Assembly: GCA_039588295.1 (NCBI GenBank)
Contig: JBDHAB010000002.1
Location: 1 to 64,000, forward strand
Origin: Gemmatimonadota bacterium
GTDB taxonomy: Bacteria > Gemmatimonadota > Gemmatimonadetes > Gemmatimonadales > GWC2-71-9
Reading direction: 5' to 3'
DNA: 64,000 bases
The notes under the pieces are model-generated. The model ran no database searches and was not told where the DNA came from. It saw only the letters and a program-made list of their open reading frames with translations. Below are positions 18,756 to 28,071 of this stretch, in pieces (positions within the stretch are counted from its first letter, which is position 1; each line of letters opens with the position of its first letter). Both the position numbers and the translations under genes were made by a program.

Positions 18756-18803
18756 TGTGAGCAAGCACTCACAAAACCCTGCAACAGAAGTGAGCGCTCA
18801 CTT
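18756..18803. promoter_or_regulatory. paired palindromic operators in the divergent intergenic region
   Basis: TGTGA-N8-TCACA (18756-18773) and perfect 16-bp AAGTGAGCGCTCACTT (18788-18803). Confidence 0.6.
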
Positions 18804-18924
18804 AATTATCGCCGGGTTGCGAGGGCGCATCACCACCAGTAGTACAAGCGTAACTAATACGACCACATCAGGTTAGGCGCTCATCCGCTACCGCGTTGGC
18901 TCCCCACAGGCTACATTGATACCG

Positions 18925-19983
18925 ATGAGTTTACGACCGCTTTATGGTCACCGAGCATTGCTGGACCGGCTGGCTGGCGCTCTCGCCTCCAGCCGGTTCC
19001 CACAAGCGGCGCTGATGGCCGGTCCGCCCGGCGTCGGCAAACAGCGCTTGGCCCTATGGGTGGCCCAGGGATTGCTCTGTGGCGAGGGATCAGGCGCACC
19101 GTGTGGCTCCTGTGGCCCCTGCGGGCAGGTGGATCGGCTCGGGCATCCAGACCTGCATTGGTTTGTGCCGATTCCGAGACCGAAGGGATCGGACTCGGAC
19201 AAACAGGTCGAGGAGGTGCACGAGAGCCTCGGCGAGGTGATGGAGGAGCGGCGGCGGGACGGGCTGTGGACCAGACCCGAGGGAATGGTCAGCCATTCGC
19301 TCGCCTCCGTCCGGCTGCTCCAGCGGATGGTGTGGATCACACCATTCTCGGGCGCTCGCAAGGTGTTCGTGCTCGGCAATGCGGAGCGGCTCGTGGTGCA
19401 GGAGGCCAGCCAGGAGGCAGCCAACGCGCTGCTCAAGGTCCTGGAGGAGCCTCCGGCGGATACGACGCTGATCCTGACCGCGGCGGATCCGCACGCCCTG
19501 CTGCCGACGATTCGGTCGCGGCTCGTGACGATCCGCGTGGGAAGAGTGGCTGACGAGGATGTGCGTACCTTCCTCAGCCGTGAGGTCGACCCGCCGCTCG
19601 AGGGCGCGGTGCTCGAACGCCGGACCCTCCTGGCGGAAGGGTCGATTGGCCAGGCACTGGCGGCCGAGGATGGCTCGAACGCGCCCGACCGGGCAGCAGC
19701 CGAGCTGCTGTCGGCCGTGAAGCGGAAGGATGGGACATGGCTCCCACTGGCCCTCGCGCAGCCACCGTGGGCGGCTCGTGGCGACTTCACGGGCATGCTG
19801 GACGCACTGGCGTTCAGGCTGCGCGCAGAGCTAGCCGAGGAGTCTCAGCGACGACCGGACGCCGCCCGGCCCTTCGTCGAGGCACTGCGACGTGTCGAGG
19901 AGACGCGGGCAGCGGCGCAGGGGAATGTGAATCCCCAGTTGGCCCTCGCGACGCTCGCGGGTGAGTTGGAGCGCGTGCTGTGA
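18925..19983 (+). CDS. holB: DNA polymerase III subunit delta'
   Basis: GPPGVGK, zinc motif CGSCGPC, HPDLH, AANALLKVLEEPP, LLPTIRSR. Confidence 0.92.
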   Translation: MSLRPLYGHRALLDRLAGALASSRFPQAALMAGPPGVGKQRLALWVAQGLLCGEGSGAPCGSCGPCGQVDRLGHPDLHWFVPIPRPKGSDSDKQVEEVHESLGEVMEERRRDGLWTRPEGMVSHSLASVRLLQRMVWITPFSGARKVFVLGNAERLVVQEASQEAANALLKVLEEPPADTTLILTAADPHALLPTIRSRLVTIRVGRVADEDVRTFLSREVDPPLEGAVLERRTLLAEGSIGQALAAEDGSNAPDRAAAELLSAVKRKDGTWLPLALAQPPWAARGDFTGMLDALAFRLRAELAEESQRRPDAARPFVEALRRVEETRAAAQGNVNPQLALATLAGELERVL

Positions 19984-20471
19984 AGTTGTCGCACGTCGAC
20001 GGGAGCGGCCGGGCCAGAATGGTTGACGTGGCGGGGAAGCCCGAGACGAAGCGGATGGCCAGGGCGGAGGGAAGGATCCGCCTGTCGGCCGCAGGGTATC
20101 GGCTGGTCGAGCGGAACTCGGGACCGAAGGGGGACGTTGTATCAACTGCGGAGCTGGCCGGGGTCATGGCGGCAAAGCACGTCGCCGCGTTGATTCCCCT
20201 GTGTCACCCGGTGCCGCTCGACCATGTCGGCGTCCATGCCCGTCTCGATCCGGAACTCCCCGGAGTGGCGGTCGAGGCGACGGCGACGGCGGTGGGACGC
20301 ACGGGCGTTGAGATGGAGGCACTGACAGCTGTAACCGTGGCGCTCCTCACGGTGTACGACATGGTCAAGGCAACCGGCCACGCCATGGAGATCGGTGAGA
20401 TCCGGTTGCTGGAAAAAACCGGCGGCACGACCGGTGATTGGAATCGACATAACGATGAGGATACAACATGA
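19980..20471 (+). CDS. moaC: cyclic pyranopterin monophosphate synthase
   Basis: LSHVD..G.ARMVDV, LIPLCHP, TGVEMEALT, YDMVKA, LLEKTGG. Confidence 0.97.
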   Translation: MKLSHVDGSGRARMVDVAGKPETKRMARAEGRIRLSAAGYRLVERNSGPKGDVVSTAELAGVMAAKHVAALIPLCHPVPLDHVGVHARLDPELPGVAVEATATAVGRTGVEMEALTAVTVALLTVYDMVKATGHAMEIGEIRLLEKTGGTTGDWNRHNDEDTT

Positions 20472-21175
20472 TGGACATACAGAGCGTCGCCCAAGGGATC
20501 GCTGAGCGGTTGGCCGGCGCGTGGAAGCGCCTGTCGGGGACGCAGCAGCTCACCCTGCGTGGTCTGGGCATCGTCGCCGCGGTAGTGGCCGCGGGCGCCC
20601 TCGTGGGCGCTCGCGCACCGCACGCGGCGACAGCCGACGGTGGGCCGTCGTACACGGGCACGGCCGTCCGCTCCGAGTTTCGGCTCCTGGGTGAACGGCT
20701 GGACACCCCCGGTGAGCTGGAGCTGGCGCGACTGGAGCTCGAGCGCCTCGAGGCCATTCTCCGGTATTCGACGCGCTATCAGATCCCGGCGGATCTCTCG
20801 GAGCTGATCTTCGACATCGCGCTGCGCGAGGGGATCGACCCGGAACTTGCTTTCCGGTTGGTCGATCTCGAGAGCGAGTTCCACGTTCGAGCCCGCAGCG
20901 GAGCCGCTGCCGTGGGATTAGCGCAGGTTCAGCTTGCGACGGCTCGGTTCTATGAGCCCGAGGCTACGTTTGAGGACTTGTACGATCCGGCAACCAATCT
21001 GCGGATCGGACTGCGGTTCCTGCGCGATCTGATCGACGCCTATGGGGATGTCGAGCTCGCGCTGCTCGCCTACAATTGGGGCCCTTCTCGCTTACGGGAG
21101 CTGTTGGCCGAAGGCCGCGATCCCCGGAACGGGTACGCGTCGTCCATTATGGAGGGCTATCGCGGAACCTGGTAG
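20468..21175 (+). CDS. lytic transglycosylase SLT domain protein
   Basis: ES catalytic motif, AVGLAQV, LALLAYNWG; N-terminal TM helix. Confidence 0.9.
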   Translation: MMDIQSVAQGIAERLAGAWKRLSGTQQLTLRGLGIVAAVVAAGALVGARAPHAATADGGPSYTGTAVRSEFRLLGERLDTPGELELARLELERLEAILRYSTRYQIPADLSELIFDIALREGIDPELAFRLVDLESEFHVRARSGAAAVGLAQVQLATARFYEPEATFEDLYDPATNLRIGLRFLRDLIDAYGDVELALLAYNWGPSRLRELLAEGRDPRNGYASSIMEGYRGTW

Positions 21176-21185
21176 CGCGAGAGGC

Positions 21186-22709
21186 TCAGTCGTCCCTGCG
21201 GCTTGGCGGCGTGAGCGCCAACCGCTTCCCGACCCGGAGGACACCCTCCGGGTCGATTCCGTTCCACCTGGCCACGTCTCCAACGCCCACGCCGTACCGC
21301 CGGGCAATCGTCCACAACGACTCGCCGCGGCGCACGGTGTGATACCGAACCCCGCTCACGACGGGACGTGGTCTTGGCGCGCGACCCGTGGCGGCGCGCG
21401 ATCGGGCCGCGGCGCTCACGGGAACCACGAGGCGCCGTCCAATCCTCACTCTCCGCGGATGCACGTTACCGTTTGCCGCCCGCAGAACCTTGACGCTCAC
21501 ACCATAGCGCTCGCCGATTTCCGAGAGGGTCTCGCCCGCCCGCACGACGTGCTCCACCCAATTGACCCGCTCGCTGGCAGGGAGCGTGGCCAGGCGCTGC
21601 ACCACGACACTCCCCGTCCCACGAGGCACGCGTACCACTGACGTGAGGTCGGGAGACGTTACGCCGCGCACGAATTGCGGGTTGAGCTCCAGCAAGGCGC
21701 GGCTGGAGGTGTCGGCGAGCTCGGCCAACACGTCCAGCCCCGTGGCATCATCAACGGTGATCTCATCAAAGGCGAGGGGGGGCACCGTCGGTATGCTATC
21801 GAACCCGAACCCAGCCGGATTCTTCGCGATCAGCACCGCGGCAATCAGCTTCGGCACGTAGTCCCGGGTTTCGCGCCGCAGATAACGGCCGGCGGACAAG
21901 TCAAAGAATGTCTCGTCGGTCAGTGAATCCGGAGTGGAGGTGAGTCGACGAAGCCCGCGGCTGACCCTCCCCGCTCCGCCGTTGTACGCAGCCGCGGCCA
22001 GATACCACGAGCCGAACTGGGCGTAGAGATCTGCCAGATGGCGACCGGCCGCCTCGGTCGCTTTGAAAGGATCCCGGCGCTCATCCAACCAGGTATTCAC
22101 TGCCAGCCCGTACCCTTTGGCCGTGGAGGCGATGAACTGCCACATGCCGACGGCATTGGCCCGCGATACAGCCGTGTTGGACAACCCGCTCTCGATGAGG
22201 GTCAGGTAGACGAGGTCTTCGGGAATGCTCAGCTTGCGGAAGCGAGCGCGGATCATTCCCTCATACCGCGGCAAACGCCCGAGCCAGATAGCGAATCGAT
22301 TCCTGGCGGGCCCCTGGAAGAAGTCCAGGTAGTACCGAACGCGGTCTCGATCTGCGAACGAGGCCACGTCGATATCGGAGACCGGCCCCTCCACGGACGA
22401 GGGTCCGCCGCGCGGACCGGCATCGGTACCGCCCCTTGGGAGCCTTGGCGCCGACAGTACGCCCTGCACGTGATCGGCGCCTTTGGCCAAGCTCTTGAAT
22501 TCGAGTTCGTGGAGCGCCTCAAGCGCGTCCTGGTCCGCGAGTGAATCTTCTGCGGTGGCGGCCGGGGCGGGTATCGCGATCGGAAGCGCAGCCGGCTCGT
22601 CAGACGGAGGCTCGAGTGGCGCGGTCTCCGTGGAGCCACCCCCGGAGAGGGTGGCACAGCCCGTGGCGCCCATCAGCGCCAGAATACCAGCAGCGCGTTG
22701 GATGTTCAC
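21186..22709 (-). CDS. MltD-like lytic murein transglycosylase with LysM domains (lipoprotein)
   Basis: IESG..AVGMWQF, AAYNGG, ETRDYVPK, LysM repeats HVVRAGETL and HTVRRGESL. Confidence 0.93.
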   Translation of the reverse strand: MNIQRAAGILALMGATGCATLSGGGSTETAPLEPPSDEPAALPIAIPAPAATAEDSLADQDALEALHELEFKSLAKGADHVQGVLSAPRLPRGGTDAGPRGGPSSVEGPVSDIDVASFADRDRVRYYLDFFQGPARNRFAIWLGRLPRYEGMIRARFRKLSIPEDLVYLTLIESGLSNTAVSRANAVGMWQFIASTAKGYGLAVNTWLDERRDPFKATEAAGRHLADLYAQFGSWYLAAAAYNGGAGRVSRGLRRLTSTPDSLTDETFFDLSAGRYLRRETRDYVPKLIAAVLIAKNPAGFGFDSIPTVPPLAFDEITVDDATGLDVLAELADTSSRALLELNPQFVRGVTSPDLTSVVRVPRGTGSVVVQRLATLPASERVNWVEHVVRAGETLSEIGERYGVSVKVLRAANGNVHPRRVRIGRRLVVPVSAAARSRAATGRAPRPRPVVSGVRYHTVRRGESLWTIARRYGVGVGDVARWNGIDPEGVLRVGKRLALTPPSRRDD

Positions 22710-22716
22710 GAGGGTG

Positions 22717-23133
22717 TCAGCGCATGAAGACCATGTTGCCCATCAGCCGGTTCGTCGCGTTTAGCACTGCCAGCGCAGCGCTCCGCTGAAGCTCCGTTTC
22801 AGACAGGCACGATCCAACCAGTCGCGTGGCCGGCACGCCGTTGTGGCAGGACAAGGACACAATCACGACCGTGGCATCGAACGCCCGTACCGCCTTTACT
22901 CCTAGCAATTCGAATGCCAGCTTTTCGGCCACCGCCCCCTGCAATGCCTCGGTGGCTGCCTGGGCGGCACAACGCAGCTCGCCTGCTGGCGACCCGAGTC
23001 CCTCAGCAGCTCCTACGAACTGCTCCCCCGCGGTCCGCTCCAACACGACCCGGGAGCGGCACCGACCGTTAGGCAGCTTCTCGAACTCGAAGGTCAGGAA
23101 CTTGAGGCGTTCGCGCGCCCGAGGTGCAGTCAT
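22717..23133 (-). CDS. hypothetical protein
   Basis: GGAGG RBS; tightly packed, co-oriented, globular composition; C-terminal AALAVLNATNR. Confidence 0.75.
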   Translation of the reverse strand: MTAPRARERLKFLTFEFEKLPNGRCRSRVVLERTAGEQFVGAAEGLGSPAGELRCAAQAATEALQGAVAEKLAFELLGVKAVRAFDATVVIVSLSCHNGVPATRLVGSCLSETELQRSAALAVLNATNRLMGNMVFMR

Positions 23134-23154
23134 TTCGATACCTCCCAGCGACGC

Positions 23155-23409
23155 CTACTCGGCTTCCCCGAACCGGACTTCCAGCTGCCGATGATCAACT
23201 TCTTCGACGGCGCGGAGGAAGTCCACGTCGAGCCGTGGCTTCCCGGCCTCGTCGATCAGCACCGACACCAAGAGCGTATGACCGTCGTCCAGCGCAATGC
23301 GTAGCACCCGGCAATCCGCTCGGATTTCGACATCCTGCACGGCGTGGCCACGGAGCTGGCCGACCGCATCGGCCATGCGACGGAGCTCCTGGACTGATGC
23401 GAGAGACAT
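23155..23409 (-). CDS. hypothetical protein
   Basis: 84-aa ORF in a co-oriented cluster. Confidence 0.7.
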   Translation of the reverse strand: MSLASVQELRRMADAVGQLRGHAVQDVEIRADCRVLRIALDDGHTLLVSVLIDEAGKPRLDVDFLRAVEEVDHRQLEVRFGEAE

Positions 23410-23428
23410 GGGGGACGCCGAGGGCTCC

Positions 23429-23674
23429 TTACGCGAGATGCTGGACGAGCACTTCCCTCAGCGTGTCATTGGTCAGGCGATCTGCGGCCTGGAACAGTGA
23501 GGATTTCGAGGCAGACTCCAGGGGGAATGACGCCCAGAACGTCCGCGGCTCTCGATCGGTCCTGGCCGCGCGGAAGGATAGGGTCAACTGCCACATCCTG
23601 GCGTCGGGCCGCATTTCTGCAGCCGGCTGAACGTGCCACACCTCTTCCCCTGACTCGATTATTCTCCAAGCCAT
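23429..23674 (-). CDS. hypothetical protein
   Basis: MAWRIIE.. 81-aa ORF in a co-oriented cluster. Confidence 0.65.
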   Translation of the reverse strand: MAWRIIESGEEVWHVQPAAEMRPDARMWQLTLSFRAARTDREPRTFWASFPLESASKSSLFQAADRLTNDTLREVLVQHLA

Positions 23675-23749
23675 CGACCGGTACCCTCTGAGACGCTGCT
23701 TGTGCTCTGCGGTAAGCCCGCGCAATATGCCGACCGCTGGACGAACCGG

Positions 23750-24343
23750 TCAAGGGCGCCCGAGCCCCAGTGCTCGTAGATCCTCGGCCGTGTCCAGGTC
23801 CCGCAGGGCACCGAGCTGTCTCACTCGAAGATCGTTGCTGCGGCACCGAGCCACCGTGACTTGCAGCACACGGTCCGAGCTCCACGGAATGTCGGTAAAC
23901 AGCCCGGATTCGAAGCGATTGAGGCCGAGGAGGTAGTACCCGCCGTCGACGGCCGGACCGAGCACCACGTCGACCTCTGCCAGCGCGGCCACCGCCTCAC
24001 GAATCGTCGCCGTCGAAACACCGGGGGCGTCCGCTCCAATGGCGAGCACCGGCCCAGCACCACGTGAGAAATGGGAAGCAAACGCGTGTGAAAGACGCTC
24101 ACCGAGGTCGCGACCGTGCTGCGCACGGAATTCGTGATCGCCCAGCCACTCGCGCATCTCGGTCCCCGCCTCAGGCGGATAGTACCACACGGTGACGGGG
24201 TAATCGGTCGCCACCCCGCACACCACCCGCCCACCGACTGCCCGATAGACTTCGAGCGCGTCGGCCTCACCGATGTCCCGCGCGAGCCGCGTCTTCACCT
24301 CACCGAGACGCGGCGCTTTCGCAAACACCAAGACGGCGGTCAT
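23750..24343 (-). CDS. TIGR04282-type (DUF2064) nucleotidyl/glycosyltransferase-like protein
   Basis: FAKAP..G.VKTRL, Q.G.DLGERL, IGADAP, VLGPAVDGGYYLLGL, IPWS, DLDTAED. Confidence 0.92.
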   Translation of the reverse strand: MTAVLVFAKAPRLGEVKTRLARDIGEADALEVYRAVGGRVVCGVATDYPVTVWYYPPEAGTEMREWLGDHEFRAQHGRDLGERLSHAFASHFSRGAGPVLAIGADAPGVSTATIREAVAALAEVDVVLGPAVDGGYYLLGLNRFESGLFTDIPWSSDRVLQVTVARCRSNDLRVRQLGALRDLDTAEDLRALGLGRP

Positions 24344-25047
24344 CGTACGTCGCTCCGATACCAACGGGCGAGCCGTTCGGGACGGACGCCGAGGAGGAAG
24401 GCAGTGACCAGGAGACTGTTGCGTAGCCACGTGCAGAATGGCCCTTCGTGCACCCAGCGGCGCGGCGACACTCGGAGCGGCGCGCCGAGCCGCACCAGGC
24501 GACCTCGGCGTCTGAGTGCCCGTATCATCGCCACGTCCTCCATGAGCGGGATTTCCCGGTATCCCCCGACGGCTTCGAACACCGAGCGGCGCACCAGCAG
24601 GCCCTGGTCGCCGTACGGGAGTCCTCCCACTCGGTCACGGACTCGCGCGCCGACCTCCATGAAGCGCGGCCAGACACCCGCGGCGTCGATGGCGAGACGC
24701 CAGACCGCCGCTGGCACCGACTCGCCGACGGCGCGCTCGAGCGTCTCGCGGGCATCTCCCAACATGCGAACGTCGGCGTGGAGGAAACACAGCCAATCCC
24801 CGGCGACCGCCGCTGCGCCGGCATTCATCTGCGAGGCCCGGCCACGACCGGCCGTGATCACGCGTGCCCCCGCAGCACGGGCGACCTCCGGCGTGTGGTC
24901 GGTCGAGCCACCGTCGACGACCACCAGCTCGACGGAGAGCGACAGCTTCTGGACATCACCTAACAGTGCGGGGAGGTGGGTCGCCTCGTTGAGGGTCGGG
25001 ATGACAATGCCGACCGTGGCGCGCGCTTGACGATCGGGATCCACCAA
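24340..25047 (-). CDS. TIGR04283-type GT2 glycosyltransferase
   Basis: IVIPTLNE, VVDGGSTD, GRASQMNAGA, FLHAD, PYGDQGL, LMEDV, VSPRRW; start approximate. Confidence 0.92.
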   Translation of the reverse strand: MVDPDRQARATVGIVIPTLNEATHLPALLGDVQKLSLSVELVVVDGGSTDHTPEVARAAGARVITAGRGRASQMNAGAAAVAGDWLCFLHADVRMLGDARETLERAVGESVPAAVWRLAIDAAGVWPRFMEVGARVRDRVGGLPYGDQGLLVRRSVFEAVGGYREIPLMEDVAMIRALRRRGRLVRLGAPLRVSPRRWVHEGPFCTWLRNSLLVTAFLLGVRPERLARWYRSDVR

Positions 25048-25061
25048 TGCCGTGTCGGATC

Positions 25062-25886
25062 CTATCCGGGCTGCGGTCCGAATATCGCCGTGTCGTTCAG
25101 CGTCCAATCGTAGTCAAGGTAATCCACCCGCACCTCCTCTTCCGCGCGCACGACCGCGGCGTCATCCGAGGGCAGAAAGCGGAGCAGGAACTCCACGACG
25201 CCTGGCGTCCCACCGAAATCGTCTTTGTACCAATCCAGCACCTTGTTGAGGTACACAACGGGATCCGGCTTCCGTTCCAACCGGTAGTGCTGGGCACTGG
25301 CGACAAACCGCTGCACCGCGGCGTCCAGCTGCTCGTCGAGCTCCTCGGCACTATATGCCGTGGTCGCCAGGACCGGACACGACCGTGAGGCGCAGTTCAC
25401 GGCGAAGTGGATCCGCGGCTCACCCATCGGCCGGATGATCTCGTGCTCTATCTCGTCGAGTGCCCGGGCTTTACCGGCCACGTCGCAGAACTCGCGAGTC
25501 CACGTATCCGAGATTTGGCGTATGGAGTTCGCCGGCACGCCTTGCAGGGACCTCACCAAGGACGCGGGAAACCCGGCCTTCTTGATCGGGTAATGATCGA
25601 TCACGAGCCGCAACGCGCACGCGTTGTACGCGTTGATCCAGAATGCCAACTGCGCCTTCCTGGGCGCCCCGGCCAAACGCACCGTGTCGACCGCCTCGAG
25701 TGTCTCGAGATAACCGTCGAGGGCCGCCCGGTCTTCTTTGAGCCCGGCGTAGTCGACGAGCCCGTCCCGCACATGTGCCTGAAGCACGGCGGTAAACGTC
25801 GCGTGCTCGGGGGGACCCTGCGCGCGAACGGCCGCGACTGTGATCGTCGTGAGCGCAGCCAGTATGTAGACCAGTCGTCGAGTCAT
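25062..25886 (-). CDS. DUF547 domain secreted protein
   Basis: GLVDY, AFWINAYNA, LDEIEHEIIR, EPRIHFAVNCASRSCP, YDWTLN. Confidence 0.92.
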   Translation of the reverse strand: MTRRLVYILAALTTITVAAVRAQGPPEHATFTAVLQAHVRDGLVDYAGLKEDRAALDGYLETLEAVDTVRLAGAPRKAQLAFWINAYNACALRLVIDHYPIKKAGFPASLVRSLQGVPANSIRQISDTWTREFCDVAGKARALDEIEHEIIRPMGEPRIHFAVNCASRSCPVLATTAYSAEELDEQLDAAVQRFVASAQHYRLERKPDPVVYLNKVLDWYKDDFGGTPGVVEFLLRFLPSDDAAVVRAEEEVRVDYLDYDWTLNDTAIFGPQPG

Positions 25887-26593
25887 AGCACCTCTTTGGA
25901 TGTCCCCGACGGCAATTTGAACCCGAGCCGACGGGCGATCAGCGGGATCAGAGTCAGTACGAGAAACAGGCCCGCCGCAATGAACAGCCGATTGCGGGCT
26001 TCGGCACTGGCCGTCGTCGAGCCCTGCACCAAGGCATCCGCGAAGAACACATACACCAGCGTTCCCGGCAGGATTCCCACGACCGTGGCCAAGGCGTAGT
26101 CACGCCAGCGCATGGCCGTGAGCCCCGCGCCGAAGTTGAGCGCGTTGAACGGCACCAGCGGAATGAGTCGCAGAATCAAGAGCCCGACAAATCCGTGCTG
26201 TGCCGTGGCTCTGTCCAATCCTGCCAGCCGACCCCCCAGGAGACGCTCGATGCCGTCGCGACCCAAACCACGGGCCAAACGAAACGCGGCACTCGCTCCC
26301 ACGTTGGCGCCGATGGTCACGAGCAACGCGCCCCAACCGAACCCGAACACAGCGCCGCCCACGATGGTGAGCACCGAGCCCGGCAGGGCGAGCGCAGTCG
26401 CGAGCGCGTACACGAACACATAGACCATCGGAGCCCATACGCTGCCGCGGGTCGTCTCCAACGTGCCGAGCAGCCCGTCACGCGACAGGTATTGTGCGAG
26501 CGGCGTGGCCCGGACCACGAGCGCTGCTCCTCCCACGATGGCAACCAAGAGCGCGAACTTGAGGAACGGGCGCCAGCGGGTCAGGTCAGCCAC
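25883..26593 (-). CDS. TVP38/TMEM64 (DedA-superfamily) membrane protein
   Basis: LPGSVLTIVGGAVFG, LRLIPLVPFNALNFGAG, GILPGT. Confidence 0.92.
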   Translation of the reverse strand: MADLTRWRPFLKFALLVAIVGGAALVVRATPLAQYLSRDGLLGTLETTRGSVWAPMVYVFVYALATALALPGSVLTIVGGAVFGFGWGALLVTIGANVGASAAFRLARGLGRDGIERLLGGRLAGLDRATAQHGFVGLLILRLIPLVPFNALNFGAGLTAMRWRDYALATVVGILPGTLVYVFFADALVQGSTTASAEARNRLFIAAGLFLVLTLIPLIARRLGFKLPSGTSKEVL

Positions 26594-28005
26594 CGCACCA
26601 CCCGACGCAACCACACACCCGATCGGCCCGACAGCTTCTCCCGGTAATAGCTGTCCGCCGCTCGCTTGATGCCCTCCGACATCGTCGGATACGGGTACAC
26701 GAGCTGCGACAGCCTGGGCAACGTGATGCCGCGCTTGATGGCGAGCACGAGTGGCACCAGTAAATCTCCCGCGCCGGAACCGACGACCGTGGCTCCCACG
26801 ATCTTCCCGTTGGGCTTGGTGACGATCTTGACGAAGCCGTCGTCGTGGCCGTCGACGATGGCGCGATCGAGGTCGTTGAACTCGTAGCGGTACACCTCCA
26901 CTCTGTTCCAACGCGCGCGCGCTTCTTCTTCGGTGAATCCGACGCGGCCCACTTCGGGATCCGTGTACGTCACCATGGGCACGGCCGCGTAATCCACCTT
27001 GGATGTGAACGGGAACACGGCGTTGCGGAGCACGAGCTTCGCGTGATACTCGGCTACGTGGGTGAACTGTGGTCCGCCCGCCACGTCACCGGCGGCCCAG
27101 ACCCCTCGCACCGTCGAGCGGAGCGCTCTGTCGACCGCGATCGCGCCGCGGTCGAGTTCCACCCCGATGGCCTCGAGTCCCGCGTCACGCGTATTCGGGC
27201 GTCGCCCGGCCGCCACGAAGATGCGATCCGTCGGAATCCGCACTTCCTCGCCGGAGTCCCGTCGCGCGCACACCACTAGCCGGCCGCCATGCTCCCGCTC
27301 AACGCGCTCCACCCTGGCACCGACGTGCATCACCACGCCTTCCCGTTCGAGTATGTCGGCCAGCACCGTCGCGGCCGACGGCTCTTCCCGCGGCAGCAGC
27401 TGCGGGAGCATCTCGACGACCGTGACCTCCGCGCCCAGTCGCCGATACACCTGTGCGAACTCGAGGCCAATGGGTCCGCCACCCAGCATGGTGATGTGTG
27501 CCGGCAGCGTGTTCTGGTCGAAGGCCGTGGCGTGTGTGAGGTAGTCCGTGTCCGCGAGACCGGGAATCGGCGGGATACTGGCACTGGCACCGGTCGCGAC
27601 CACAATGCGCTTGGCCTCGATCGTCCGGCCGTCCACCGCAACGGAACGGGGGGACCGGAGTTCCGCCTGCCCGAAGATCACCTCGACCCCCATGGCTTTG
27701 AATCGCTCGGGGTCGTCGTGATGCGCGACGCGAGCCCTACTGGCACGCATCCGTTCCATGACATCCTGGAACACGTGGCCGGGTGACGCCCCAACCAGTC
27801 CCCAGTGCTCCGCGTTCCGCATGCGATGCGCGACCTTGGCGGACGCGATGAGCGCCTTACTCGGCACGCATCCCGTCCACAGGCAGTCCCCGCCCAAGGC
27901 CTCGCGCTCCACGATTGCCGTCTTGAGCCCCAAGGCGGCTCCGCCCGCGGCGGTCACGAGGCCGGCGGTTCCGCCTCCGATGGCGATCAGATCGAACTGC
28001 TTCAT
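26581..28005 (-). CDS. FAD-dependent pyridine nucleotide-disulfide oxidoreductase (MerA/Lpd-like)
   Basis: GGGTAG, GGDCLWTGCVPSK redox CxxxxC, GGGPIG, AAGDV..FTH, YPYPTMSE; no C-terminal CC pair. Confidence 0.92.
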   Translation of the reverse strand: MKQFDLIAIGGGTAGLVTAAGGAALGLKTAIVEREALGGDCLWTGCVPSKALIASAKVAHRMRNAEHWGLVGASPGHVFQDVMERMRASRARVAHHDDPERFKAMGVEVIFGQAELRSPRSVAVDGRTIEAKRIVVATGASASIPPIPGLADTDYLTHATAFDQNTLPAHITMLGGGPIGLEFAQVYRRLGAEVTVVEMLPQLLPREEPSAATVLADILEREGVVMHVGARVERVEREHGGRLVVCARRDSGEEVRIPTDRIFVAAGRRPNTRDAGLEAIGVELDRGAIAVDRALRSTVRGVWAAGDVAGGPQFTHVAEYHAKLVLRNAVFPFTSKVDYAAVPMVTYTDPEVGRVGFTEEEARARWNRVEVYRYEFNDLDRAIVDGHDDGFVKIVTKPNGKIVGATVVGSGAGDLLVPLVLAIKRGITLPRLSQLVYPYPTMSEGIKRAADSYYREKLSGRSGVWLRRVVRWLT

Positions 28006-28071
28006 AGCCCGCTGCGGACAACGCGCGAAGGGAACTCGCGGTTCCCGGATCCACGCGGTGGCCACCTCATG

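Noticed and set aside
26581..28005. Mercuric reductase (merA) call
   Set aside because: No N-terminal metal-binding domain, no C-terminal Cys-Cys pair and no mer genes nearby
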